Below, piece after piece: positions 56,701 through 64,000 of a stretch of DNA of 64,000 nucleotides. A model generated the notes under the pieces. That model saw only the letters and a program-made list of their open reading frames with translations. It made no database searches and was not told the origin of the DNA. The DNA is from Candidatus Saccharimonadota bacterium (GTDB lineage Bacteria > Patescibacteriota > Saccharimonadia > Saccharimonadales > UBA10212). Position 1 is the first letter of the stretch. Every line of letters begins with the position of its first letter. The DNA lies in contig JACDFN010000002.1 in NCBI GenBank assembly GCA_013815775.1, forward strand, positions 128,717-192,716, read 5' to 3'. The translations under genes were made by a program, and so were the position numbers.

Positions 56701-57287
56701 AAGGCTTTTAGGAGTGTTGTGACAGCGAGTTTTCGCTTTCGGTCAATTTTGACGAATAGGGCTCCGGCTGCGGATGTTTCAAACTCCAGCCATGCTCCTC
56801 GAACAGGGATTACCTTAGCTCCGTAGAGATTGTGGGCACCGTGGGGTTCAGCAGTGAAGAATACTCCGGATGATCTTATCAACTGACTTACCACTACCCT
56901 CTCGGCACCATTTATTACAAAGGTTCCTCGACTTGTCATCCAGGGATAATCCCCCAAATAAATTTCTGATTCTTTAACTTCTCCAGTTACCTTATTTGTT
57001 AACTCGACTGTAGCTTTTAAAGGGGCGTCGAAACTGACATTATTCTCACGAGCCTCTGATTCGCTCATTTTGGGGTCTTCAAAGTGATAATCTTTAAAAC
57101 TAATACTTAGTTTTTGGCCGGTGTAGTCGTCAATTGGGCTAATTTCCGCCAATAGCTCTCCTAGACCTTCTTCTACAAACCATTGAAACGAGGAATTTTG
57201 GTGGTTTACAAGGTTCGGAGGACTAATTACGTCATCAGATTTTGTGTAGTGTGTTCGTTTTTGAGTAATATCGCTTTTTTTGGCCAT
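53739..57287 (-). CDS. rpoB: DNA-directed RNA polymerase subunit beta
   Basis: Conserved beta motifs are present (..GDKLGGRHGNKGV.., ..MNIGQLFETHLG..). I prefer the ATG at 57287 (MAKKSD..); TTG starts at 57290 and 57296 remain possible. A GGGAG SD lies at 57299-57303. Confidence 0.97.
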   Translation of the reverse strand: MAKKSDITQKRTHYTKSDDVISPPNLVNHQNSSFQWFVEEGLGELLAEISPIDDYTGQKLSISFKDYHFEDPKMSESEARENNVSFDAPLKATVELTNKVTGEVKESEIYLGDYPWMTSRGTFVINGAERVVVSQLIRSSGVFFTAEPHGAHNLYGAKVIPVRGAWLEFETSAAGALFVKIDRKRKLAVTTLLKAFGLSEEQIKDTFKHVDQGEVKHIEATLEKDPSKSTNEALIEVYRRLRPGDLATVDNARSLIENMFYNFKRFDFGKVGRYKLNKRLNLDVDNTIENRIMRIEDISAIIAEVIRLNVTQEPGDEIDSLSNRRVKLVGELVQRQFRIGLLRMERNAKDRMSMSEIETVTPAQLINARPVVAAVREFFASSQLSQFMDQINPLSELAHKRRLSSMGPGGLSRERAGFEVRDAHATHYGRICPVETPEGANIGLVLNLASYARVNEYGFIETPYRRVINAVPAKQAAGHIAASDLENEKGKVIVKSGAVISEAAAKTLATVKERITWPVKAKVTNEIVYLDSSEEERAIIAGAGNALDENGYFIDPRVSVRNKLEPGEVDANIVTNMDSSRSQTIGSSASLIPFIEKNYVLRSLMGSNQQRQAVPLIKPEAPIVGTGFESIVAQNTGQLIVASGSGEVIKADADEVMVKYSNGKSIKYEPIHFNRSNEGSSINQVVVVNRGDKVKEGDPLIEGMSIAGGELALGKDLLTAFMPWAGYNFEDAIIISRELVEDDTLTSIHIVDYMTEVRETKLGPEIVTRDIPNVSEEALRHLDEDGIVRIGAEVHPGDILVGKITPKGEQELSSEERLLRAIFGEKAKEVRDTSQRMSTGRHGKVVGVKVFSRASGHELKAGVIMQIQVFVAQMRKISVGDKLGGRHGNKGVIARILPVEDMPFNEDGTPVDIILNPLGVPSRMNIGQLFETHLGMAARALGIKVASPAFNGIPIEKIQDLLGEAGLPKDGKQQLYDGRTGEAFAERTTVGSMYIIKLNHMVSDKIHARSTGPYTMVTQQPLGGKAQNGGQRFGEMEVWALEAYGAANTLQEMLTIKSDDVYGRAKAYESIIKGTEIQGPKIPESFNVLVKELQGLGLKVDLLANNQIIDAEKVLAENIKNEAAHIPTISPLEPINVGADSVEQVAKEFGISEDEGLSISGDVELATDDTVNIAPNQEEESK

Positions 57288-57409
57288 CAACAGCAAGGCT
57301 CCCTTCCCATACGTTGTTATAAATTATGCGCTTTCGCGAAGACACTACGTTCGGCGTGCAAATATTTCCCCCATAGCAAGCACCAAAGTACACTACTTCT
57401 TAACATACC

Positions 57410-57438
57410 ATTATGAATTAGTCTGTGTTGTGAGTCAA
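57410..57438 (-). promoter_or_regulatory. sigma70-type promoter for rpoB (TTGACT-17-CATAAT)
   Basis: -35 element at 57433-57438 and -10 element at 57410-57415, giving a leader of roughly 115 nt. Confidence 0.45.
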
Positions 57439-57522
57439 CAACCATTTATATAGCTGCGTTTTAACCTGACTATAGCTCTTTAAATTAAAATTAAAGGACT
57501 AATTATGAAAGGCCTAATTTTT

Positions 57523-58161
57523 CTAGGCTTGTTTTTGAACAGTCTCGGCGAGTTTTCGACTATCAATTACCTTATCTACTAGGCCGTATTTCTTAGCCTC
57601 ATCGGCACTCATCCAATAGTCGCGTTCCATGTCGTGTTCTATTTTTTTCATGGTTTGGCCAGTGTTTCTAGCCATAATTTCGTTTAACAGTTTTTTCATT
57701 CTGAGACCTTCCCGAAGATCAATCTCCATGTCGGTAACCTTGCCTCTAGTGCCGGCAGATGGTTGATGGACCATAACTGTGGCGTGAGGTAGAATCAAAC
57801 GCTTACCCTTTGCTCCAGAACTTAATAAAAAGGCTGCTGCACTGGCCTGAACGCCTATGCCCACTGTTTGGATATCGCACTTCACGAACTGCATAGTGTC
57901 GTATATAGCGAAAGCGTCGTAGACAGCTCCACCGGGACTATTAATGTAAAATATTATGTCCTTATCGGGATCTTGGTTTTCTAAAAAAAGCATTTGAGCA
58001 ACGACTAGATTGGCAGTGTGCTCATTGACGTCATCACCTAAAAAGATTATCCGGTCCTTCAGAAGTCGGCTGTAAATATCATAGGCTCTCTCAACTCGAC
58101 CTTCCTGCTCGATGACAGTCGGGACTAGCACTTGGTTCTGCGGTTTACCAGATGAATTCAT
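57523..58161 (-). CDS. clpP: ATP-dependent Clp protease proteolytic subunit
   Basis: [30 protein letters not shown] and the catalytic-Ser region SAAAFLL. I prefer the ATG at 58161, because the track's GTG at 58188 lies inside the predicted promoter. Confidence 0.94.
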   Translation of the reverse strand: MNSSGKPQNQVLVPTVIEQEGRVERAYDIYSRLLKDRIIFLGDDVNEHTANLVVAQMLFLENQDPDKDIIFYINSPGGAVYDAFAIYDTMQFVKCDIQTVGIGVQASAAAFLLSSGAKGKRLILPHATVMVHQPSAGTRGKVTDMEIDLREGLRMKKLLNEIMARNTGQTMKKIEHDMERDYWMSADEAKKYGLVDKVIDSRKLAETVQKQA

Positions 58162-58170
58162 ACTGTATCT

Positions 58171-58199
58171 ATAGTAAGAAATTAGCACTCTCGTGTCAA
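58171..58199 (-). promoter_or_regulatory. promoter TTGACA-17-TACTAT, with the -10 box 9 nt upstream of the clpP ATG (candidate near-leaderless)
   Basis: Minus strand reads cTTGACAcgagagtgctaatttctTACTATagatacagtATG. No SD is present. Confidence 0.45.
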
Positions 58200-58207
58200 G
58201 AGTGCTA
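58183..58207 (-). other. 9-bp hairpin overlapping the clpP -35 box (possible tig terminator or operator)
   Basis: TAGCACTCT-7 nt-AGAGTGCTA, followed on the minus strand by ATTTCTT. Confidence 0.35.
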
Positions 58208-58233
58208 GTTATTCTTCAAGGAACCGTTTAAGT

Positions 58234-59508
58234 TTATTTGTTATAGTCAACGAGTTTACTGATAGTTTTTTCGGTTAAGAGCCTAGCCTCAATATCTTGA
58301 CGGTTTTCAGGCTTATCTAGTTCAGCCTGCATTTTTGGATCTTGATACTGTCCTTTTAAGATCTGGAGTCGAACTTCTAACTCTTCGGAAGTTACTTTTA
58401 AGTGCTCCGTCTTGGCTATCTCGCTAAGCACAAGTCCAGCCTTGACACGATCTTCAGCTGTCGGGCGCTGTCTGTCTCGGTGTTGTTGCTCGCTTACACC
58501 CTCAGCGGATAAGTGTTCCTGCCAGGTCTGCCCACGATAAACTAAATTACGCTTTTCTTCACCCTCCATCTCCATTAGCTGTTGTTCTACGATGCTATCG
58601 GGTGCTTGTACCTTACTTTGTTTGGTAATCTCTTCAATCAGTCTTGACTCGTGCTCTCTGTCTGCTTTCTGCTGTTTCTCTTGCATTAACTGTCGCTTCA
58701 CATCGTTCTTCAGATCTGTTAATTGCTTGAAGGGACCAATCTTAGTAGCAAATAAGTCATCTATTTTAAGTTTTTCAACTTCGTTTACTTTTTTTACTTC
58801 CACCGTAAACGTAATTTCTCTACTTCTCATCGACTCTACGCCATAATCACTAGGAAAGATTGCGTCAAACTCTTTTGTTCCACCGGCTTGTGTACCAATA
58901 ATATTCTCCTCAAATCCTGGGATGAAATTACCGCTCCCAATTAGAAGTGGATAGTCTTTACCATCGGTACCAGCTACTGGACCTTTTTTATCTTTGCCCG
59001 AAAAGTCTATAATAACCTCATCCCCGGTTTTAGCTGGCCGATCCACTTTCGAACGATTGGCAGAACGTTTTGCTATGTTTTCTACAACTTCATTTATCTC
59101 CACGGTGCTGACCGTAACCTTTGGTTTGGTCAGTTTTATCTGCTTATAGCCACCGAGGATTATTTCACCTAGAGTTTCTACTTCTGCGTCAAATTCCAAA
59201 TTTGAAAAGGGGACAAACTTTTTTAATTTAACATTAGGCATGGAAACCGGACGGATATTTTCGTGGTCTAAAGCTTTTTTATATATATCGTTAATAGCGT
59301 GCTCAATGAAATCATCTAAAAACACCTTCCGGTCTATGTTTTTTTCAATAAGATTAAGTGGTGCTTTCCCTGGTCTAAAGCCAGGCACACTCACACGCTT
59401 CCTAAAGTGTCCCAATACATGCTTCTTTACCAGCTCCAACTCGTCCGGTGCTGCAGTTATTGTTAGGGTGACTTTAGTCGGAGTCTTGAATTTACTGATT
59501 ACTTGCAT
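58234..59508 (-). CDS. tig: trigger factor
   Basis: N-terminal ribosome-binding region (..VPGFRPGKAP..) and an FKBP-like middle domain; 424 aa. Confidence 0.93.
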   Translation of the reverse strand: MQVISKFKTPTKVTLTITAAPDELELVKKHVLGHFRKRVSVPGFRPGKAPLNLIEKNIDRKVFLDDFIEHAINDIYKKALDHENIRPVSMPNVKLKKFVPFSNLEFDAEVETLGEIILGGYKQIKLTKPKVTVSTVEINEVVENIAKRSANRSKVDRPAKTGDEVIIDFSGKDKKGPVAGTDGKDYPLLIGSGNFIPGFEENIIGTQAGGTKEFDAIFPSDYGVESMRSREITFTVEVKKVNEVEKLKIDDLFATKIGPFKQLTDLKNDVKRQLMQEKQQKADREHESRLIEEITKQSKVQAPDSIVEQQLMEMEGEEKRNLVYRGQTWQEHLSAEGVSEQQHRDRQRPTAEDRVKAGLVLSEIAKTEHLKVTSEELEVRLQILKGQYQDPKMQAELDKPENRQDIEARLLTEKTISKLVDYNK

Positions 59509-59516
59509 ACCCGCCG

Positions 59517-59522
59517 ATTATA
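59517..59522 (-). promoter_or_regulatory. -10 box TATAAT, 8 nt upstream of the tig ATG (candidate leaderless promoter)
   Basis: Minus strand reads gtctgTATAATcggcgggtATG. No SD is present. Confidence 0.4.
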
Positions 59523-59539
59523 CAGACATTCGTAAGATA

Positions 59540-60859
59540 CTATAAATCTTCTTGACGAACATGTCGGGAGTTAAGGATGCTTACTATTCGCTCAAAACTA
59601 TGCTCGTGTTCTTCGCCGTTAACTAAATTTTTAAGTTTATACCGCTTGCTTATTAATTCTTGTTCGCCAATGAACAGGGCGAAGGAAAGTCCGCCTTTAA
59701 CGGCACCCCGTATTTGGGCGTCTAATTTACGGCCAGTAGTATCTACGGCCAGCCGTACACCTTCGGCGCGGAAGGAACTTAAAGCTTCTTGCGAGGCTTC
59801 ATAAACATTCCCGATCAGAATGACTACTGCATCCGTTTCAGGTCTTATGGTTGGCAGCAATTTATGAGTCTCAAGAAAGTTTTGAAGAGTAACATCTCCC
59901 ATTCCAAAGCCAACTGTAGGCAAAGGTTGAACTCCAAATTCCCCCACTAAACCGTCGTATCGGCCACCTCCGAACATTGATCTATTATTGCCTGTTTCCT
60001 TATCAAATACCTCAAAAACTATACCGGTGTAGTAATCGAAGCCCCTCATAAGAGTAGGGTCAAATACGGCGTTGTCTATTCGGTTATTTTTTAGCATTTT
60101 CATTAATTTAATAAGTTCGCTTGTAGCCGGATGTTGTTGTGTCACCAAGGGTAAATCCGTGACCTCTTTGGCTTTCAAAACGACCAGCAATTGTCTAAGC
60201 GTGCCGCTTTCTCGCTGAGAAGGTGTAAGCAGAGCCTCTCCCGCAACCAAGAACTCCTCTTCTGATATTTTGTGTAGCCGATCCACCAGGCGAATCATGG
60301 CCGTAGCTTGTGAATGATCAAGCTTTAAGTATTCAAGCAATAGCCAGTTCACGAAGGCCCGGCTACTCACTCTTATCTCATAAGTGCTGCGTTTAGCTCC
60401 ATATGCCTGCATAATAGTGTCTGCCACCACCATAATCTCGTGATCAGCCTCTATGCCCGACACACCAAAAAGATCGACATTAAGCTGAAAGTGTTCTCTT
60501 AAACGACCGTGCTGTGGCCGCTCATAACGCCACAAGTTAGGGATGCTATACCAACGTGCCGGGTAGCTAAGTTCTTGGCGACGAGCAGCTACCATGCGAC
60601 TAACGGTAGGGGTCATCTCAGGCCTAAGCGTTACATGTCGACCACCCCTATCAAGAAAATTATATGTTTGTTCGGTAACTATTTCATCGCTTGTTTTTGC
60701 TAGATAAAGTTCGATAGGTTCGATTATTGGTGCATCATATTCTAGGTAGCCAAAGGTTTCCACCACCTTTCGTAGCACACTAAACATGTACTTCTGGATA
60801 CGCTTATCTTCCGGAAAAAAATCACGAGCACCCTTATAGGATTGAGTAGTTAGAGACAT
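59540..60859 (-). CDS. hisS: histidine--tRNA ligase
   Basis: Class II motifs are present (..KGARDFFPED.., LRPEMTP, GGGRYD). Confidence 0.94.
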   Translation of the reverse strand: MSLTTQSYKGARDFFPEDKRIQKYMFSVLRKVVETFGYLEYDAPIIEPIELYLAKTSDEIVTEQTYNFLDRGGRHVTLRPEMTPTVSRMVAARRQELSYPARWYSIPNLWRYERPQHGRLREHFQLNVDLFGVSGIEADHEIMVVADTIMQAYGAKRSTYEIRVSSRAFVNWLLLEYLKLDHSQATAMIRLVDRLHKISEEEFLVAGEALLTPSQRESGTLRQLLVVLKAKEVTDLPLVTQQHPATSELIKLMKMLKNNRIDNAVFDPTLMRGFDYYTGIVFEVFDKETGNNRSMFGGGRYDGLVGEFGVQPLPTVGFGMGDVTLQNFLETHKLLPTIRPETDAVVILIGNVYEASQEALSSFRAEGVRLAVDTTGRKLDAQIRGAVKGGLSFALFIGEQELISKRYKLKNLVNGEEHEHSFERIVSILNSRHVRQEDL

Positions 60860-60866
60860 TACCGTA

Positions 60867-60872
60867 ATTATA
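60867..60872 (-). promoter_or_regulatory. -10 box TATAAT, 7 nt upstream of the hisS ATG (candidate leaderless promoter)
   Basis: Minus strand reads tatcgTATAATtacggtaATG. No SD is present. Confidence 0.45.
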
Positions 60873-60946
60873 CGATAAAAATATTGCCATAGAAATTAGT
60901 GCCTTTAGGTGACATTATGTAGTTAACTAAACAAGAGGAATTAAAA

Positions 60947-61663
60947 ATGCAAGATAAAATTAAACATCAACCAGCGTTAGCTGGAGCTTTTGAGCTACTC
61001 CCCAAGAGTTACGAACTAATTAAGAAAAATTTTGAAGTGTTTATGGTTCTTTTTGCGATAGGCGGACTAATGGCACTTTGGGAAACATTCGCCAGGTTTG
61101 ATGACGAGAAAGAACAGGGGCGTGGTTGGGACAATTTGTTAGCCAATGGAGTATTTGGACCTGATGTTAGCTCAGGAATTTTTGCAGTTGGCGGGATAAT
61201 GTTAATCGTATTAGTTTTGTACGTAGTATCATACCTGCTGTTAGTGATCGCTAGCCTTCGAACTGCTCAAGGAAAAAAGCCGACAATCAAATCACTTTGG
61301 GGGGAACTAACCCACGCTTGGCTCTGGTTAAAGATGATAGGAGGCTTCATATCGCTGGTAATTGCAGTTGTTATAGGACTGATAATGCTAATTGTTCCAG
61401 GTGTCGTTTTAGTATGGAGGCTATTTTTTGTTCCTTATGTTCTGGTGGATCAAAAAACGTCAATCAAGAAGGCATTTAAGCGAAGCTGGGATATGACTAG
61501 CGGGCAAGCCTGGCCAGTTTACAGCGTGATATTAGTATCAATACTACTTAGTCTCGCAAGCGTTCTACCAATAGTCGGTGCCATTGCGGCCTTTCTACTT
61601 AGTTCCGCCTATGCCGTCGCCCCCGCACTGCGCTACCAGGAAATCAAAAAACACGTAAAATAA
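60947..61663 (+). CDS. hypothetical membrane protein (238 aa, about 5-6 TM helices)
   Basis: An AGAGGAA SD lies 6 nt upstream of the ATG. Hydrophobic helices are spread throughout the protein. I am not confident of any family. Confidence 0.55.
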   Translation: MQDKIKHQPALAGAFELLPKSYELIKKNFEVFMVLFAIGGLMALWETFARFDDEKEQGRGWDNLLANGVFGPDVSSGIFAVGGIMLIVLVLYVVSYLLLVIASLRTAQGKKPTIKSLWGELTHAWLWLKMIGGFISLVIAVVIGLIMLIVPGVVLVWRLFFVPYVLVDQKTSIKKAFKRSWDMTSGQAWPVYSVILVSILLSLASVLPIVGAIAAFLLSSAYAVAPALRYQEIKKHVK

Positions 61664-61910
61664 CCGATTTTTATTTTTTGTTGCCGGGTACAAAGAGTAG
61701 AACTAGAGCTAGTATGCTGTTTATGGGCGGGGCGAACACTAGGAGGCTCTACTAAAGAGAACGTCCAATATCTCTAAGCCTCTTGCTCATTGCTACTATC
61801 GCAACCGCCAAGATAAGAAATATACTCGACAGTTCTAAATTTGATAAAGCTGCAACAGAACCAGAATCATTATCCATTTTTTCGAAAAGAGCAGCATTAG
61901 TTTTTGTTGG

Positions 61911-61936
61911 AAACAAAAAGCCGGGTTCACTCCGGC
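61911..61936 (-). terminator. intrinsic terminator downstream of tRNA-Leu
   Basis: Minus strand reads GCCGG-agtgaac-CCGGC followed by TTTTTGTTT. Confidence 0.6.
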
Positions 61937-61976
61937 CGATGCGTTAAGAAAAACCAATGGGGTTGTCCCGTTGTTA

Positions 61977-62061
61977 TGGTGGGGATGATAGGACTCGAAC
62001 CTACACGCCTTGCGGCACTAGTTCCTAAAACTAGCGTGTATACCAATTTCACCACATCCCC
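61977..62061 (-). tRNA. tRNA-Leu (anticodon TAG), type II, 3' CCA encoded
   Basis: GGGGATG/CATCCCC acceptor, anticodon loop TTTAGGA, long variable arm, T-loop TTCGAGT, then A-CCA. Confidence 0.9.
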
Positions 62062-62084
62062 GTAACTCTACCGATGTTATTTTA

Positions 62085-62618
62085 CTATTTTTTATTGTAA
62101 AAGACTAGTTGGGCGTCACCGTAAGTCTTATTTGAGGCAACCTTCATACCATCAAATTCGGGGGGCTCAATTTTAGTCGGCCAATCAAGTACTACGAGTC
62201 CATCTGGCTTAGTGTGTCTTTTGGTTAAGGTATGAAGTAAACTTTCCTGTAAATTATCATAAGGTGGGGCCAGTAAAACGACGTCGAATTTTTTTTCCAT
62301 ATTATGTATGCTCCACCCGCCGCAGTTGGCTCTAATGGTATCCACTTCTTTGCCTAACTTCAATTCTTTGGCGTTTCGTTCAATTACCCCATATGCTGGT
62401 CGGTCTTTTTCTATGGCTACTGCGCTTGCTGCACCACGAGAAATGGCCTCAAAGATAAGAGCGCCGCTTCCTGCAAATGCATCTAAGAAACTTAGTCCCT
62501 GTATGTCACCGAGAACGTTAAACAAAGCACCACGGATCTTTTCGCCCATGGGATGGGTTTTATAGCCATGCGGTTCGTGTAGTACGCGGCCCTTTAATTT
62601 TCCGGCAATTATTCTCAT
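62085..62618 (-). CDS. rsmD: 16S rRNA (guanine966-N2)-methyltransferase RsmD
   Basis: MRIIAGKLKGR, the SAM site LDAFAGSGALIFEAISRGA, and an (A)PPY motif. Confidence 0.88.
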   Translation of the reverse strand: MRIIAGKLKGRVLHEPHGYKTHPMGEKIRGALFNVLGDIQGLSFLDAFAGSGALIFEAISRGAASAVAIEKDRPAYGVIERNAKELKLGKEVDTIRANCGGWSIHNMEKKFDVVLLAPPYDNLQESLLHTLTKRHTKPDGLVVLDWPTKIEPPEFDGMKVASNKTYGDAQLVFYNKK

Positions 62619-62619
62619 A

Positions 62620-64000
62620 TTAATTTAGGTTGGTTACTGCTCGGAGCTTAGATACTCTGCGGTGCAGGTGTGAGTATTTTTCTATATCTTCATTCTTATC
62701 TATAAAATTTTGAGCTGCTTCTCTTGCTGCCGCTATAAGTTTTGTATCACTAAGGCTTGCCACTCGCAAGTCTAGTGCGCCATGTTGGAAATTACCGTAA
62801 ATAGCACCGGGACCGCGGAGACGCAAATCTAGCTCTGCTAATTTAAAGCCGTTAGTTGTGTTTTCTAATGCCTGCAACCGCACGGAGGGTGCTTTACTAT
62901 CACTTAGCATCAGGAATGCAAAGCTTTGACGATTCCCCCGGCCTACCCTTCCCCTGAGCTGGTGTAGTTGGGCAAGTCCAAATTTTTCAGCTCCTTCGAT
63001 AAGCATGATAGTTGCATTTGGGACATCAACTCCAACTTCTATAACTGTAGTGCATACTAAAATATCGAATTCACGTTCTAAATACTTTTTCATGACAACG
63101 TCTTTTTCGGCTGAGCTCATTCGTCCGTGCAGCTGGCCAATTCGTCTATGTTTGAATTCGTGCTCAGATAATTGCTTGTATACCTCCTCTACAGACACGC
63201 CTCCGCTAGCTTCGGTGTCGTTAATAAGCGGAGTAACAACAAACATTTGCCGGCCGGCTTCCAATTCTTTGTCAATTAGGGCATAAAGTTGTTTTCTAGA
63301 GTTTGGCGAACATATTTTAGTTTTTATTTCTTGTCGGCCTGGTGGTAGCTCATCGATAATGGAAATATCTAGTTCACCGTAAAGTGTCAGCGCCAAGCTT
63401 CTGGGAATTGGCGTTGCTGTCATGTGTAGCACGTGAGGCATGTGGCCCGCTTTGGCTTGTAGTTTTTTGCGCTGCTGCACCCCAAAACGGTGTTGCTCAT
63501 CTATAACGATTAAGCCCAACCGGTGCATGCCAACTTTTTCGGCAATTAAAGCGTGAGTTCCTATCATTAATCCAGTGTCCCCATTTGCAATGCGTTGATG
63601 TGCAATTTTCTTCTGAGATGCGCTTAAACCACCAATGAGAAGTCCAACCTTATCACCATAGCCTACGTTTCCCAGTAGAGTCTGTAAGGTCTCAGTGTGT
63701 TGGCGTGCAAGAATTTCTGTAGGCGCCATAAGGGCCACTTGAAACTTTTGCTCCATAGCCATCACAGCTGCCATAGCCGCAACCACTGTTTTTCCAGAAC
63801 CTACATCACCTTCCACAAGACGGTTCATGGGCATTGTCCTGCTCATATCTTGGTAAACCTGCCAAACAGTCTTGCGCTGGGCGTCAGTTAACTTAAATGG
63901 TAGTTCGCCGACAAAATCTTTAGCCAGTTTTTCATTAAACGGTATGGCCAGCGCAGCCTCTTTAGTGAACTCGTACTTATTTAATAGAGCAGCTAAAGTC
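62620..64000 (-). CDS. recG: ATP-dependent DNA helicase RecG (C-terminal ~460 aa; the N-terminus lies outside the window)
   Basis: Hand translation upstream of the track's Met stays open to the window edge (..LPFKLTDAQRKTVWQVYQDM..). GDVGSGKT, DEQHRFG and QLHQLRGRVGRG motifs are present. Confidence 0.93.
   Translation of the reverse strand, partial: TLAALLNKYEFTKEAALAIPFNEKLAKDFVGELPFKLTDAQRKTVWQVYQDMSRTMPMNRLVEGDVGSGKTVVAAMAAVMAMEQKFQVALMAPTEILARQHTETLQTLLGNVGYGDKVGLLIGGLSASQKKIAHQRIANGDTGLMIGTHALIAEKVGMHRLGLIVIDEQHRFGVQQRKKLQAKAGHMPHVLHMTATPIPRSLALTLYGELDISIIDELPPGRQEIKTKICSPNSRKQLYALIDKELEAGRQMFVVTPLINDTEASGGVSVEEVYKQLSEHEFKHRRIGQLHGRMSSAEKDVVMKKYLEREFDILVCTTVIEVGVDVPNATIMLIEGAEKFGLAQLHQLRGRVGRGNRQSFAFLMLSDSKAPSVRLQALENTTNGFKLAELDLRLRGPGAIYGNFQHGALDLRVASLSDTKLIAAAREAAQNFIDKNEDIEKYSHLHRRVSKLRAVTNLN

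Noticed and set aside
61752-61877. 41-aa single-TM ORF (MDNDSGSVAALSNLELSSIFLILAVAIVAMSKRLRDIGRSL) on the minus strand downstream of tRNA-Leu.
   Set aside because: It lies just after a good intrinsic terminator and has no visible promoter or SD. It cannot be excluded, but it is unsupported.
1-64000. Search for CRISPR arrays, IS elements or transposases, integrases, prophage genes, rRNA, tmRNA, RNase P RNA, SRP RNA and known riboswitch cores.
   Set aside because: I saw no direct-repeat arrays, terminal inverted repeats, recombinase-like ORFs or signature motifs (for example GAGGAAAGUCC or tmRNA tRNA-like ends) in any intergenic region. All gaps are shorter than about 315 nt. This was visual inspection only, so small or divergent ncRNAs could be missed.

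Overview
This 64 kb window is a core information-processing region of a small, moderately AT-rich bacterial genome. About 85 genes are present and all but four lie on the minus strand.

Gene order, read along the minus strand from high to low coordinates:
- recG (partial), rsmD, tRNA-Leu, then a plus-strand membrane protein
- hisS, tig, clpP
- rpoB-rpoC-rpsL-rpsG-fusA
- a convergent GT4 glycosyltransferase / GH13 alpha-glucosidase pair
- tuf, orf97, rpsJ, orf56
- M29 aminopeptidase and an 88-aa membrane protein
- rplC through rplO, then secY-infA-rpmJ-rpsM-rpsK-rpsD-rpoA-rplQ-rplM-rpsI
- trpS, an rluD-like gene, holB, a TPR protein
- tRNA-Thr, tRNA-Tyr, an RRM protein, an ATP-grasp ligase, a DHH phosphoesterase
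- tRNA-Thr, rpmG, tRNA-Trp
- a P-loop kinase plus DUF45 hydrolase pair
- secE-nusG-rplK-rplA
- dcd plus a tmk fusion
- rplJ-rplL, orf170, dnaX, dnaB, a membrane protein, ybaB, recR, a second DHH phosphoesterase, cysS

The low-coordinate end carries a plus-strand AI-2E permease and a GT4 fragment.

I found no rRNA, CRISPR array, transposase, integrase, phage gene or long repeat. TGA is used as a stop codon, so the standard bacterial code applies. L30 is absent, adk and map are missing after secY, and several ribosomal proteins carry basic extensions. Together these suggest a CPR/Patescibacteria organism, possibly Saccharibacteria-like. That placement is inference only.

I did not find a recognisable defence or mobile system. 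The observations most worth follow-up are:
1. A dCTP-deaminase gene plus a 669-aa Tmk protein fused to a degenerate ThyX-like module, wedged between rplA and rplJ.
2. Loss of structural zinc ligands in RNAP beta-prime, RecR, DnaX, L36 and L33.
3. A recurrent TATAAT-like box 7-9 nt upstream of ATG starts that lack a Shine-Dalgarno (SD) sequence, suggesting leaderless mRNAs.
4. An A8G slippery run in dnaX with immediate out-of-frame stops.
5. An SD-led 15-codon uORF inside a 13-bp hairpin just upstream of the SD-less rpsL.
6. Small translationally coupled ORFs and accessory cassettes that break the otherwise universal str/S10 and L11/L10 operons.
7. An rRNA-mimic L1 binding site upstream of rplA.

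All homology calls were made by eye from the translations. No database search was run.
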